IMG/VR virus record: IMGVR_UViG_3300038312_000193
DNA: 64,000 bases
Reading direction: 5' to 3' (one strand)
Source of the DNA: a virus
The translations under genes were made by a program, and so were the position numbers. Below, piece after piece: positions 29,978 to 40,582 of the stretch (the first letter of the stretch is position 1; every line of letters starts with the position of its first letter). The notes beneath the pieces are model-generated. The model did not search any database, was not told the origin of the DNA, and saw nothing but the letters and a program-made list of their open reading frames with translations.

Positions 29978-30898
29978 TTAATCAGTAATTTCAACTTTAT
30001 AATTATACAATGCATTATAAAGTTTCTCAGGAATATCTTTTTTAAATTTATTTGCAACATTCTTTATGTATTCTTCTTTAAATGCTTTATATGCGTAATA
30101 AGCATCTTCAGGATTATCATAACCACCAAGCCACTTATTTTTACGTTCTCCATAATCTGTAATATAAGAACATTGCGCTCTATATTCTTGATCTCTATCA
30201 TGCCAATATACCCCTATTGGTAAATCACCTCTAGATTTATCCGCTTTTAATAATAAAACGTTTATAATATCTGGTACAAATACACAAGTATTGGGAGAAT
30301 ATATTTTATTTCCTTTTATTAAAATGTCTTTATCTAATTCCATTTTATAATTATTTATTTCATAATAATTCTCTTCAGCCCATTTTGCAAAACATTGATA
30401 ATTATACCATTCTTCACATATTGTTACATCAGCATATGTACGATGAAAATTATCATTTTTTATATGTACTCTTTCTATCATTGCTCTCCAATAATCGTAC
30501 CAAATATCATCACAAACATATTTACCTTCTCCTAAAAAACCTATCCCTCTAAAAGTTTTACAATATGGTGATTTTATATTACCTTTATTAAAATGACTCC
30601 ATAATGTTTTTGTAATATAACCATTATCAAATTGAACATATACATTACTAGAATTTATATAATCTATTACAGTTATCTTACTTCCGAAACTATTAAATCT
30701 GGTTTCTCCTATTCTTTTTGAATAATCGTTATGATCAATTGCACCTCTTTTAAAATCAGTATAAGCTAAATTTTTTCTAATAAAACCATTTTCAAATTCA
30801 ACATCAATATCAAAAACACCATTATATTTAATTATTTTCATTTTACATCCTTGATTATTTAGTTTTTCTTCTCCTAATCTATATGATTTTATACTTAT
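29978..30898 (-). CDS. HNH-variant homing endonuclease (probable ATA start overlapping recD2 stop)
   Basis: Repeated RLGE/RIGE..N..G.K..II units, ELDKDIL, LPIGV AP2-like tail. Confidence 0.75.
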   Translation of the reverse strand: MSIKSYRLGEEKLNNQGCKMKIIKYNGVFDIDVEFENGFIRKNLAYTDFKRGAIDHNDYSKRIGETRFNSFGSKITVIDYINSSNVYVQFDNGYITKTLWSHFNKGNIKSPYCKTFRGIGFLGEGKYVCDDIWYDYWRAMIERVHIKNDNFHRTYADVTICEEWYNYQCFAKWAEENYYEINNYKMELDKDILIKGNKIYSPNTCVFVPDIINVLLLKADKSRGDLPIGVYWHDRDQEYRAQCSYITDYGERKNKWLGGYDNPEDAYYAYKAFKEEYIKNVANKFKKDIPEKLYNALYNYKVEITD

Positions 30899-33180
30899 AA
30901 TATATTACTCCTTTTTAATAAATCTAATAAATGCGTATTTCTATTTAAATTTGCTCTCTTTTTTAATGCTCGATTAATTACTTCTGGTTCACCTAAATGA
31001 TAACACCGTTCCTCTGCTCTGGTCTGACCTACATAAATCAAATTTGCATTTAGCATATATGTATGTGCTTTAGGGGTAATTAAAATAATGTTTTTAGCCG
31101 AACCTCCTTGTGCCTTATATAAGGATATGCTATATGCTAATTTTAGATTCAAACCTGTTTCTCTATCATAAACAATTCTTTCATTATCAAATTGCACCAC
31201 CATAAATTGCCGATCTATTAAAATTACTTTCCCAATATCACCATTGCTTATAAATGTTTGAAACGTATCATCTTCAAAAGGATTAAAACTTTCAGGATTA
31301 TAAACTATAGCTTTATAATTATTTTTTGTTTGAATTACAATATCATCTAAATAATAAGTCGTATCTCCACATTTAAATTTTAAATCACTATCATAATTTT
31401 TATTTGCTATCTTTTGAATCATTTCATTTATTTTTTCAGTACCATAATCACCAATATTATATGAAGATAAGATTAAAATATCTTCTGGAGATACCCCACT
31501 ATTCATTAATTTAAGATATAGATTTTTAACAGTTGAAATGATTTTTTCTTGTGACATAGGCATATAAATATATGCTTTATCTTCACCAAATATATTAATA
31601 TTAGTTTTATCTTTTATCCAGGACTCTCCGTATCTTGTTTTTGTTGATATAGTTGATATTCCACCTATTCCGAATCTAAATACTTTGGTTAATGAAGTAA
31701 TTGGTATTACACCTGAATTAATTAAATCATATAGTACATTTCCTGCTCCAACTGAAGGAATTTGGAAATCATCACCGATAAATAATAATTTGGTTCTTGA
31801 AAAATCTATTGCTTCAAGAAGTCTTTTTAATAAAAATATATCAGTCATTGAAGTTTCATCTACTATTACTACATCAAAAGGTAATTTATTATTTTCATTG
31901 TAACCCCATTGTGGATCGACAGATGGATTAAATGCTAAACCTCTATGTATTGTATAAGTATCTTCTTTAGTATATCCTGCAAGAACCTTACTTGCTCTAC
32001 CAGTAGGACAAAGTAAATGAAAGGTTTTGCCTAATCTTTTAATCAAAGATAAAATTGCTTGAGTGGTGAATGATTTGCCTACACCTCCTCCACCATTTAA
32101 AATACTTATATTATTTTCATAAAACATTTTAATTGCATTAAATTGTTCATCAGTTAATTCATCATCACCAATTTTTTTAAACTCATTAATACTTATTTCG
32201 TCCCATTTATTTTTACTTTTTAATCCTTCAATAAGTCTTTCTGCTACATATAATTCGGTATTATAAGTTTCCAAAATTGATATACTTTTACTTTCTTTAT
32301 CAATATGAAAATCTTCTGTATTTTTAATAGCTTCTATAAATTTATCACTACATTCAGGTGTTAGTTTATCAAATAACTTTCTAAATTCTACAATTGATAT
32401 TCTAGTATGACCATCATTTTCATTTTGCTCTAATAAATATTCAATTGCAGACACGGCACGTTGAATAGATGTTTTTATATCAAAATCAAAATATACTAAA
32501 GGTATTTTACCTTGTTTCTTTTGTAATTTTGATTCTTTATCTAATTCAAGAATAATACTATCTGCGGTTTTAAAAGAAATTTTAGATAGAGAACATAAGC
32601 AATGATAAGGTTCATTTTGTATTTCTTGTTTAATCCTTAATGTAGAAGGATATCTATCGTATAACTTTCTAACGGTATTCATATCAAGTAATCCTTGGAA
32701 CATCTCAATTAATTCAGCAAATACAAAATTTTCTTCTATTTTTTGCCTGATAATATTAAATCGGAATTGACCAATATTATATAATTTCTTTAAATCAATA
32801 TCTTCAAGTCTATTATTTATAACCCTATCCACAATATCAGGATAACTTTCCATAATGGTTTTAACTTGATCTGGTGTTAATAATTCAGATAAAAACATAC
32901 GAGTGGTATTTTCATTTGTAGGTCTATCCCGTTGGATATGGATAACTTTATATTGATACCCATATCCATTCTTAGATTTTTGTTCTTCAGCTTTAATATG
33001 ATACTCGATTCCTAATCCCAGATTATGTATATTGCCAAGAATAGTATAATTACCATATTTATTTTGCTTTATATTTGGGAATTTTTCTTTATCAATATCT
33101 ACTGCATATATCTTATATTTATCTGTATCATAAGAGCATATAAATGGTATGCAAGTAAATTCTTTAATTATTTTATCCAT
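30895..33180 (-). CDS. recD2: RecD2-like SF1B helicase
   Basis: GGGGVGKS, VDETSM, GDDFQIPSVGAG, AYSISLYKAQG, YVGQTRA. Confidence 0.9.
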   Translation of the reverse strand: MDKIIKEFTCIPFICSYDTDKYKIYAVDIDKEKFPNIKQNKYGNYTILGNIHNLGLGIEYHIKAEEQKSKNGYGYQYKVIHIQRDRPTNENTTRMFLSELLTPDQVKTIMESYPDIVDRVINNRLEDIDLKKLYNIGQFRFNIIRQKIEENFVFAELIEMFQGLLDMNTVRKLYDRYPSTLRIKQEIQNEPYHCLCSLSKISFKTADSIILELDKESKLQKKQGKIPLVYFDFDIKTSIQRAVSAIEYLLEQNENDGHTRISIVEFRKLFDKLTPECSDKFIEAIKNTEDFHIDKESKSISILETYNTELYVAERLIEGLKSKNKWDEISINEFKKIGDDELTDEQFNAIKMFYENNISILNGGGGVGKSFTTQAILSLIKRLGKTFHLLCPTGRASKVLAGYTKEDTYTIHRGLAFNPSVDPQWGYNENNKLPFDVVIVDETSMTDIFLLKRLLEAIDFSRTKLLFIGDDFQIPSVGAGNVLYDLINSGVIPITSLTKVFRFGIGGISTISTKTRYGESWIKDKTNINIFGEDKAYIYMPMSQEKIISTVKNLYLKLMNSGVSPEDILILSSYNIGDYGTEKINEMIQKIANKNYDSDLKFKCGDTTYYLDDIVIQTKNNYKAIVYNPESFNPFEDDTFQTFISNGDIGKVILIDRQFMVVQFDNERIVYDRETGLNLKLAYSISLYKAQGGSAKNIILITPKAHTYMLNANLIYVGQTRAEERCYHLGEPEVINRALKKRANLNRNTHLLDLLKRSNIL

Positions 33181-34465
33181 TAATTACCTTTCTCTTTAAT
33201 AATAATTTTTCTTTTAATATATCTTCAATATTATCATAATCCCAATACCATATTTCTAAAAGATTTATATTATTATTCTCAGCATATTCTCTTTTTCTAC
33301 GATCATGTTCTAATTGTTTTTTTAAATTCTTCTTTATGTAATAGTTTCCATTGCCATCATGAAATTCCCCTTGATATTCTATAAGTAAATTATAATTAGG
33401 TAAATAGAAATCATAGGATAATAAACCTCCACCTAAACCTATAAGACTTTGAAATTCTTTTTGAAAATCATATTTTATATTATTTTTTATTAACCATTCT
33501 TCAATTTGTTTTTCGCCCTTAGATTGATTACATTGTGGGCAACGAAAATTATAAATATTTGAATTACTTATATTTCTTTTATAATCTTTATGTATTCCTT
33601 CAAAACATTTCCAATAAACATCTTTATTACTCATGGGTGCATATTCATAAGGAGAAGTTTTGTTTTTATCAGACCATATATTTAATACTTCTGGATACAA
33701 TGTTCCTAAACTGTCTAATGGATGTATTTTTCTATTAGCACAATATGAACATCTATTATTTTGAATAGTAAAATTAGATGGAAAAGTTTTATAACTTCCA
33801 TGATAGTTTTTAATTTGACATTTAATATATATTATTGTTTTATCAGAACCATAACTAATTTCCCAAGGATCAACTGTATTCTTTTCATAATCCCAATACT
33901 TCACAAGGAAATCTTCATCTAAATTATCTATTCCCCATTGTGCAAAGGAGTTACATGCTTTACAATCCATACCATGTAATTTATTTGTAAAATTATTTAA
34001 ATTTTTTAGTTCACTTTTATGTAATCCTCTTGGGCATTTAAAATAATACTTTTTCTTATTAACACTATAAGCAATTTCATTTGGTTTGCAATCATTTAAT
34101 TCATAATCCCACCTGTCAAGAATATCTTTATAATTATTTTCAATGCACCATTGTTCAAAAGATTTAGATTTTTTTAATTTAGTTTTTCTACATTTTTCTT
34201 TTCCAAATAAATTCGCAGAACATTTTTTACAATAATATCTACCATCATTTTTAACATGTTTTAAATAATTTTTCCAAGGTATATTTTTTAATTCTTTTCC
34301 ACAACCATCACATTCTATATCTATTTGAATATGGCTCCCTTTACTTATATCTTTAATATCAACTCTAAATTCATCACCTATATTAGTAAAAGAATAACCT
34401 TTAGCAATATAATAATTTTTATTCCTTGCTCTCCAATTCATTATTACGTATTTTGTTTTTATCAA
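33173..34465 (-). CDS. Zn-ribbon repeat PD-(D/E)XK putative homing endonuclease
   Basis: WDYE.N...P repeats, SKGE, YDFYLP, IEYQGEFH, IWYWD. Confidence 0.8.
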   Translation of the reverse strand: MIKTKYVIMNWRARNKNYYIAKGYSFTNIGDEFRVDIKDISKGSHIQIDIECDGCGKELKNIPWKNYLKHVKNDGRYYCKKCSANLFGKEKCRKTKLKKSKSFEQWCIENNYKDILDRWDYELNDCKPNEIAYSVNKKKYYFKCPRGLHKSELKNLNNFTNKLHGMDCKACNSFAQWGIDNLDEDFLVKYWDYEKNTVDPWEISYGSDKTIIYIKCQIKNYHGSYKTFPSNFTIQNNRCSYCANRKIHPLDSLGTLYPEVLNIWSDKNKTSPYEYAPMSNKDVYWKCFEGIHKDYKRNISNSNIYNFRCPQCNQSKGEKQIEEWLIKNNIKYDFQKEFQSLIGLGGGLLSYDFYLPNYNLLIEYQGEFHDGNGNYYIKKNLKKQLEHDRRKREYAENNNINLLEIWYWDYDNIEDILKEKLLLKRKVING

Positions 34466-34482
34466 ATAAAAATAACCACCTT

Positions 34483-37400
34483 TTAATATACTTCATAATC
34501 ATATAATATTTCTTCATCTTCATTTGTTTTTTGCCATTTACCATTTATATTTTTAGTTTTCTTTTGTATTTTAAATTTATTAACTTTTAAAACATCAAAT
34601 AATTTAAAGGATGATTCAATAAATATTTTTTCATTTGTTATTTTTGTTTTTAAATCATCACCTGTTTTTAAATTTCTTAAAGTTACATATGGTTTACATT
34701 TATTTTTATAAACCTTATATTCAACAACTATGTACAAACTTTTATCTGCTTTAGGATATATAACAGTTGTATATTCTAAAAATTCCATTTCAAATTTTAC
34801 CTGTTCTTTCACTGATAAAGGTTTATCTTCTATTAATTCTGAAATTTCCTTAATATAGGAGATAGTATCAATATCTTTATATAATTTATTTGTTTCTTTT
34901 TCAGTGTATTTAAGTAAAATATCTATATTCAACTCTAATTTTACTGCTTTGTCTTTATTAATCTGCTTAATATCCGCAATAGATTCATATAAATTAAGTA
35001 TTTCTAGAAGTTTTTTATTTTTCCCAAATTCACTAAAGAAATTTAATCCTGTAAGTATACGCAACTGACGAGAGTTAGTTGATGTTTTTTCTTTGATATC
35101 TTTGATTAAATCAATAAAGTTTGTATATTCACTTTCTTGCGATAGTTGATAAAGTTCTTGTGCTACTTGAGAATTAAGGAATTTAATTGAAGATACAGAT
35201 TTATAAATTATATTAGTTTCTTTATCAAATGAATAAATATTCGTAGATTTACCAAATTTAATATCAGAAAGTTTTATATTAAAATAAGGTAATTCTAATT
35301 GTATTTTACGAGTTCTTTCAGAATCCGATTCATACTCATTAAGTATTACAGTATAATATTCAAGCGGATAATTTGCTTTTAAATATGCACCATAAATACT
35401 ATCCCATGCAACACTAAGACTATGAGATGCATTAAAACTGTATCGTGAAGCATCTTCTACTACTTGCCATACTTCTTCAAATTTTTCATCATTACCTACA
35501 TTATTAACAAATCCATTACGCAATTCTTCTTTTAACTCAATTAATTCTTCTTCTTTAAATTTTTTCTTGGCAATCTTTTTTATAATATCGTAAGTATGAT
35601 CTTCTTTTAATCCACACCAAACAAGAAATGCCATTATTGATTCTTGATATAACATGAAATGATATGAAGGTTCTAATATATTATCAATTTCTTCTACTCC
35701 TGTTGAATATTTTTGCCTACTTAAAAAAGTATTTAAGAGACTTGCAAACCCTGGACGAATTGCAGCTACAAAACCACTAATTTCTGCTACATTAGATGGT
35801 TTATATTGTTTTACAAATGTTGTACTTAAATCTGTATCTACTTGATTAAGAGTTGCGGTTAACCCATTTTTGTATAAATCCCATACTTTATTATCAAGTA
35901 ATTCTTTTAATTCTCTAATTGTTGGTATTGGTTTATTTAATAATTTAAAAGTATCAGATATTATTTTCCAAACCCTAACTGTAAGGAAATCATTTTTAAG
36001 ATATTTCCAAACATCTGAAGTATATCCATCTATGCAAGCACATATTTCATCACCTACTTTAACTAATCCTAATTCCTTAGATATAGGTTTGTTTAACATT
36101 ACAAAACTACAAGGACTTGGTGATATACTTTCTATAACTCCTTGAAACATTTTAGATTCTTCAATTAAGTCTTTCCATTGTGGGTCTTTTCTATATTTAT
36201 CTAAATCTTTTCCTACTTCATTATATTGATCCATAGGCAAATCATATGCTCTACATAGATTTCTAAAAGCAGATGACTCTTTCATAAATCCAATAGCATA
36301 CATATAATAAACATTATCTTCTCCAAGGATATCTTTTGATGCTTTAATTGGTGCATCTACATTTGCCCAATTAAAATCTATATCTGGTAAGGATTTTGAA
36401 TCCAATATTCTTGCTACACTCATAAATCTTGTTGGATATAACGGCACTTCTGCTTCAAATCTATCTATTTCAGTGAATCCTAATAATTTATTAATATAGA
36501 AAGATACTGCCGATCCCCTACCTGTACGAGTAAGAACCCCATTATATTCATTTACTGCTTTATTTATAATCTTTTCATTGAGAAGAAAATAATCTGCCAT
36601 ATTGGTATTTTTGATGATATCATATTCAAATGCGATACCTTCCATATATTCTTTATATCTATTTGGATTTATATTCTTTCCTTCTTCTTTCCATTTTTGA
36701 ACTATTATAGATTTTAATTTTTTATTTGAATCTTCATTTGGATATATAGTAGGCATTTTAATTTCTTTATCAAAATATAACTCTTCACAATCATCAAAAA
36801 TAAGAGTATTTTTTATTGCTTCTTTTGCTTGTAATTCAGATAAAACACCTTGCTGTTTATATCTAGTTAAAATAGTTTCATAATCAGGATAATCTAATAT
36901 AAATCCATCTTCTTCATCGTATTTCAACCCTTTGCCTTTAAGAAACATATCTCTTTTATAACTATCTTCAGGATATATATAATGAGAATCATTTGCGTGA
37001 ATTATATCAATATTATATTGTTTATTTAATTCTAATATTTTTTGATTATATTTGACTTGATATTCATGCACATGTGCCTGTATTTCTAAATAAAAATTAT
37101 TTCCGAAATGTTTTAGTATTGGTTCTAAAAATATATTTCTACTCTCTTCATTTTTTAATATTCCAGCAACACAAGCAGATGTGATAATAAAATTATTAGG
37201 ATTAAGAGATAATAATAATTTTAAATCAATTCTTGGTTTATAATAAAAACCTGTTTTATTGGATTCAGACATAATTTCATTTAATTGATAGAAAGCATCC
37301 TGGTTTTTGCCAACTATAATAATATGGTTATTACTATTATCTTTTTCAAATCTATCTTTTACTATATATAGTTCTGCTCCATATATCATTTTCAAATTGT

Positions 37401-37578
37401 TTTTTTTACATAAATCATACATTTCTAAAAAGTTACCTGTCCAACCATGTTGTGTGGTAAACATTGTTGTATGATTTAGTTCCAATGTTCTATCAATATA
37501 ATCTTGTGGTTTCACAACACAATCTAGTGTTCTAATATTTGAATAATGACAATGTTTATGATAATTATTATATCTCAT
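34483..37578 (-). CDS. dnaE: DNA polymerase III alpha subunit (PHP plus polymerase)
   Basis: HKHCHYS PHP, GRGSA, PDIDF, YQESIM, YSFNASH, YLKANYPLEYY. Confidence 0.95.
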   Translation of the reverse strand: MRYNNYHKHCHYSNIRTLDCVVKPQDYIDRTLELNHTTMFTTQHGWTGNFLEMYDLCKKNNLKMIYGAELYIVKDRFEKDNSNNHIIIVGKNQDAFYQLNEIMSESNKTGFYYKPRIDLKLLLSLNPNNFIITSACVAGILKNEESRNIFLEPILKHFGNNFYLEIQAHVHEYQVKYNQKILELNKQYNIDIIHANDSHYIYPEDSYKRDMFLKGKGLKYDEEDGFILDYPDYETILTRYKQQGVLSELQAKEAIKNTLIFDDCEELYFDKEIKMPTIYPNEDSNKKLKSIIVQKWKEEGKNINPNRYKEYMEGIAFEYDIIKNTNMADYFLLNEKIINKAVNEYNGVLTRTGRGSAVSFYINKLLGFTEIDRFEAEVPLYPTRFMSVARILDSKSLPDIDFNWANVDAPIKASKDILGEDNVYYMYAIGFMKESSAFRNLCRAYDLPMDQYNEVGKDLDKYRKDPQWKDLIEESKMFQGVIESISPSPCSFVMLNKPISKELGLVKVGDEICACIDGYTSDVWKYLKNDFLTVRVWKIISDTFKLLNKPIPTIRELKELLDNKVWDLYKNGLTATLNQVDTDLSTTFVKQYKPSNVAEISGFVAAIRPGFASLLNTFLSRQKYSTGVEEIDNILEPSYHFMLYQESIMAFLVWCGLKEDHTYDIIKKIAKKKFKEEELIELKEELRNGFVNNVGNDEKFEEVWQVVEDASRYSFNASHSLSVAWDSIYGAYLKANYPLEYYTVILNEYESDSERTRKIQLELPYFNIKLSDIKFGKSTNIYSFDKETNIIYKSVSSIKFLNSQVAQELYQLSQESEYTNFIDLIKDIKEKTSTNSRQLRILTGLNFFSEFGKNKKLLEILNLYESIADIKQINKDKAVKLELNIDILLKYTEKETNKLYKDIDTISYIKEISELIEDKPLSVKEQVKFEMEFLEYTTVIYPKADKSLYIVVEYKVYKNKCKPYVTLRNLKTGDDLKTKITNEKIFIESSFKLFDVLKVNKFKIQKKTKNINGKWQKTNEDEEILYDYEVY

Positions 37579-38338
37579 CTATATCCTCCGTATCGGCATA
37601 TTTAAATATAAAACCTCCTGCTGTTTTCCTATTGCCTTTACAAACATTACATATATCGCCTTTTTGAATATTAAGATAATCACTTGCTTCTTTAATGGAA
37701 TTATGTATTTTTATTATATTATTATTTTTATCAAGTTGTATTATTTTTTGTTTTCTCTTTTCTCCTTTTTCTTTTACAATAACATTTGGCTCAATATAAG
37801 TACCATCTTCATTTAAATATCGAAAAATTCTTCCGTTAACATTTAATCTTTTGCCTTTACAAACTTCAATTATATGAGAAGCATTAATTAAGTTCATTTC
37901 CATTTTTACTTCATATAATGATTTATATTTTTTAATAATATCTCCTTTAATATTTATTTCTGCTATAGGTTTTAATTCTCTGCCTTGTTTATGTCTGCCT
38001 CTTTCAACCATATCTTGTGAATTATCTTTAATACTTCCAACTTCTAAATGATCTGGATTTATACAGCATGGATTATCACATTTATGTCTAGTGATTTCTT
38101 TTGGAAATTCCAATAATTTTCTTCCTAATTTTTCTTCCAAAACAAGTCGATGAATACCATTGTTTACCATATTCAATTTTATTTGTGCATATCCTTGTTT
38201 ATTTAAAAAATGACTTACGCATTCCCAACATCCTGTTTTTTCATTAACAATGTACTCTATTGGTTTTCGATTATTTACTTTTTGATTATATTTATCTAAT
38301 ATTTTTAAATTTAGTATATTCTTATTAATATAATTCAC
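37568..38338 (-). CDS. HNH endonuclease with NUMOD1 repeats
   Basis: TGCWE, RHKCDNPCCINPDHL..G...DN..DM; I..VCKG.RKTAGGF. Confidence 0.85.
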   Translation of the reverse strand: MNYINKNILNLKILDKYNQKVNNRKPIEYIVNEKTGCWECVSHFLNKQGYAQIKLNMVNNGIHRLVLEEKLGRKLLEFPKEITRHKCDNPCCINPDHLEVGSIKDNSQDMVERGRHKQGRELKPIAEINIKGDIIKKYKSLYEVKMEMNLINASHIIEVCKGKRLNVNGRIFRYLNEDGTYIEPNVIVKEKGEKRKQKIIQLDKNNNIIKIHNSIKEASDYLNIQKGDICNVCKGNRKTAGGFIFKYADTEDIDEI

Positions 38339-38341
38339 CCC

Positions 38342-39493
38342 TTATAATATGTCATCCAACCAACCAAAATCTTCTGCTATAGATTTATCTTCAATTGTTT
38401 TTATACCATTTTGTAAATCTAATTCTTCTAAGTATTTCTTATATGGTAAATGCAATAAACTACTATAACCGCTTAAATTAGCATGATAATAACTACTTTC
38501 TCTAGTAACATCTTGCCAAAATATATTTTTGTCTTTTGTTTTTTCAAATTCATTTTCTTTTTTAATTATTTCGGTTATTATATTTATAATTTTATTTTTA
38601 TGTTCATTTATAATTTCTTCATTAAGTTCAACTTCCACATAGCAATCATTTATTTCAAATTTTTCTTTAACTTCATCTGGTAAACAATCTATCCCATTTA
38701 TATTAATCATTTGCTTTAAAAATATATCTATCTGGTTTTCATCATAATCAAAATACTTTAACCACATTTTAGCATTAGATTGTAAATTTTCTCCTATAAC
38801 ATTTCTTTCAATTTGCCTTATTTTTATATCACCTTTTTTTTGAGTATATGAAACATTAACGTATTTCATAAAGTTAAATCTAATAATTATATCTTCATAC
38901 GGTATATTGTTTTTTTGATGTATACCTTCACCATAAAGTAAAAGCTGACCTGAATTATCTATTAACTTTTGACCTTTGTAAATAGAACTAGTTTTCCAAT
39001 CTGTAAGAATTACTTTTTTTCTGCCATCTCTTACTTCAACATTAAGAAAATCAATATAACCCTGGAAATATTGATTACCAATTTTGATTAAAATAAATGG
39101 TTCTATAATTGGTTTATCGGTAATTCGTTTATGATTTAAAAAGAAATGTCTCATGCAATCTTCATATTTTTTTGCTATCTTTTCATTCTTATCTTTATCG
39201 GTTCTATCATATAATAATCCCATAGTATTAAATTCAAATAATTTATCTTCATATAATTCAAGCATTTCTTGATGATTTAATTTGCCTCTATAAAATTCTT
39301 CCATACTTTCATGAGAAATTGTACCTGATACATTGTAAATTGAATCATTTCTATCTTCTGGTACTTTTAATATATATTTGAGTAGATATTCATAAGGATC
39401 AGTCATATATGTATTAAGTCTACTCCATGACCATAATCTACTAATATTAAGTTCTTTTTTTATTTGCTCTAATTCTTCACTTGTTTTTCGCAT
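38342..39493 (-). CDS. PD-(D/E)XK (RecB/Cas4-like) exonuclease
   Basis: SWSRL, GTISH, GYIDF, DWKTS, QLLLY. Confidence 0.8.
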   Translation of the reverse strand: MRKTSEELEQIKKELNISRLWSWSRLNTYMTDPYEYLLKYILKVPEDRNDSIYNVSGTISHESMEEFYRGKLNHQEMLELYEDKLFEFNTMGLLYDRTDKDKNEKIAKKYEDCMRHFFLNHKRITDKPIIEPFILIKIGNQYFQGYIDFLNVEVRDGRKKVILTDWKTSSIYKGQKLIDNSGQLLLYGEGIHQKNNIPYEDIIIRFNFMKYVNVSYTQKKGDIKIRQIERNVIGENLQSNAKMWLKYFDYDENQIDIFLKQMININGIDCLPDEVKEKFEINDCYVEVELNEEIINEHKNKIINIITEIIKKENEFEKTKDKNIFWQDVTRESSYYHANLSGYSSLLHLPYKKYLEELDLQNGIKTIEDKSIAEDFGWLDDIL

Positions 39494-40565
39494 TATCTAT
39501 CTCCTTTAAATGTTCTTTATGCTCTTTTTCATCATATTTTATTTTATGTTTTAATAAAAATTTATATAATTTATCAGGTAAATCAGATGGACTATCTTTT
39601 TCTCCTAGTAAATCATATTTATCCCATGTATAGAATATATTGCGGATTCCATAAAATCGCTCACATTCAGAACGAATATGTTTAAGTGAAACATCTTTAT
39701 CATATTGTATTATGATGTCTACATTAAGACCGATTAAAATTTTAACTTGTTCATCACTAAGATTATGTGAACCTATTGCAACACAAGTTTCATCTAATCT
39801 ACTATGGCGTTTTAATACCGCTTTCTCACTTTCAAATACCGATATTTCACCTACTTCTTGAATACTTTTATAATTCTCTTGAAGACCATATAAATTAATC
39901 CCTTTAGAATAAGATTTAAGAGGATAATATTTTGCTATATCAAATAAATCAAAATTTTTTATCGTAGTTCTACCAATAATTCCTATGTAATCATCTTCTT
40001 CTCCTGCCCAATACCTAACAGGTATAACAATTCTTTTATGTTTATAACTGTAACCAATATTAAATCTTTTACGAGTAAATTCCATTATCCCATCTTCTTT
40101 AACCCAATCTATATACAAGCATGGTTCATATTCTTCTATTATCGTGTTGTCATATATTTCAATATCATTAATATTAACGGTATTTCTTTTACGTTTTATT
40201 TTTTTGAAGATTTCTAATGGATCAATTTTATCTTCTTCTTGTTTATTTTTATTTTTTAATTTTTTATATTGATATTTTAATCCGAATAAATTATGTAAGT
40301 ACTTATTTGCTTCTACAAATGATATATTTTTTATATGCATTACAAGAGTAATTATATTCCCTCTTAAAATTCCACCTTCTGATTGGAATATTTTTGTTTT
40401 TAAAGTATCTTTTTTAATTGCCACACTTGTTTTATTTTTATGTCCTGGTAATCCGCAACGATATTCGGTTGTATATGGTTTCAAATCATGACAACCTAAA
40501 TCATCAAGAATTACTTTTAAAGAATCATTTTTTATAATATATTCAATTAATTCTGTTGCTGTCAC
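39477..40565 (-). CDS. DNA primase (Zn-binding plus TOPRIM)
   Basis: IVIP, GRT, LYGL, FESEK, YDKD; adjacent to helicase. Confidence 0.85.
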   Translation of the reverse strand: MTATELIEYIIKNDSLKVILDDLGCHDLKPYTTEYRCGLPGHKNKTSVAIKKDTLKTKIFQSEGGILRGNIITLVMHIKNISFVEANKYLHNLFGLKYQYKKLKNKNKQEEDKIDPLEIFKKIKRKRNTVNINDIEIYDNTIIEEYEPCLYIDWVKEDGIMEFTRKRFNIGYSYKHKRIVIPVRYWAGEEDDYIGIIGRTTIKNFDLFDIAKYYPLKSYSKGINLYGLQENYKSIQEVGEISVFESEKAVLKRHSRLDETCVAIGSHNLSDEQVKILIGLNVDIIIQYDKDVSLKHIRSECERFYGIRNIFYTWDKYDLLGEKDSPSDLPDKLYKFLLKHKIKYDEKEHKEHLKEIDNAKNK

Positions 40566-40582
40566 AATTTATATTTCACCAC

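Noticed and set aside
24444-37578. Inteins or introns in nrdD, recD2 or dnaE
   Set aside because: Frames are continuous and of ordinary length, with no splice motifs seen
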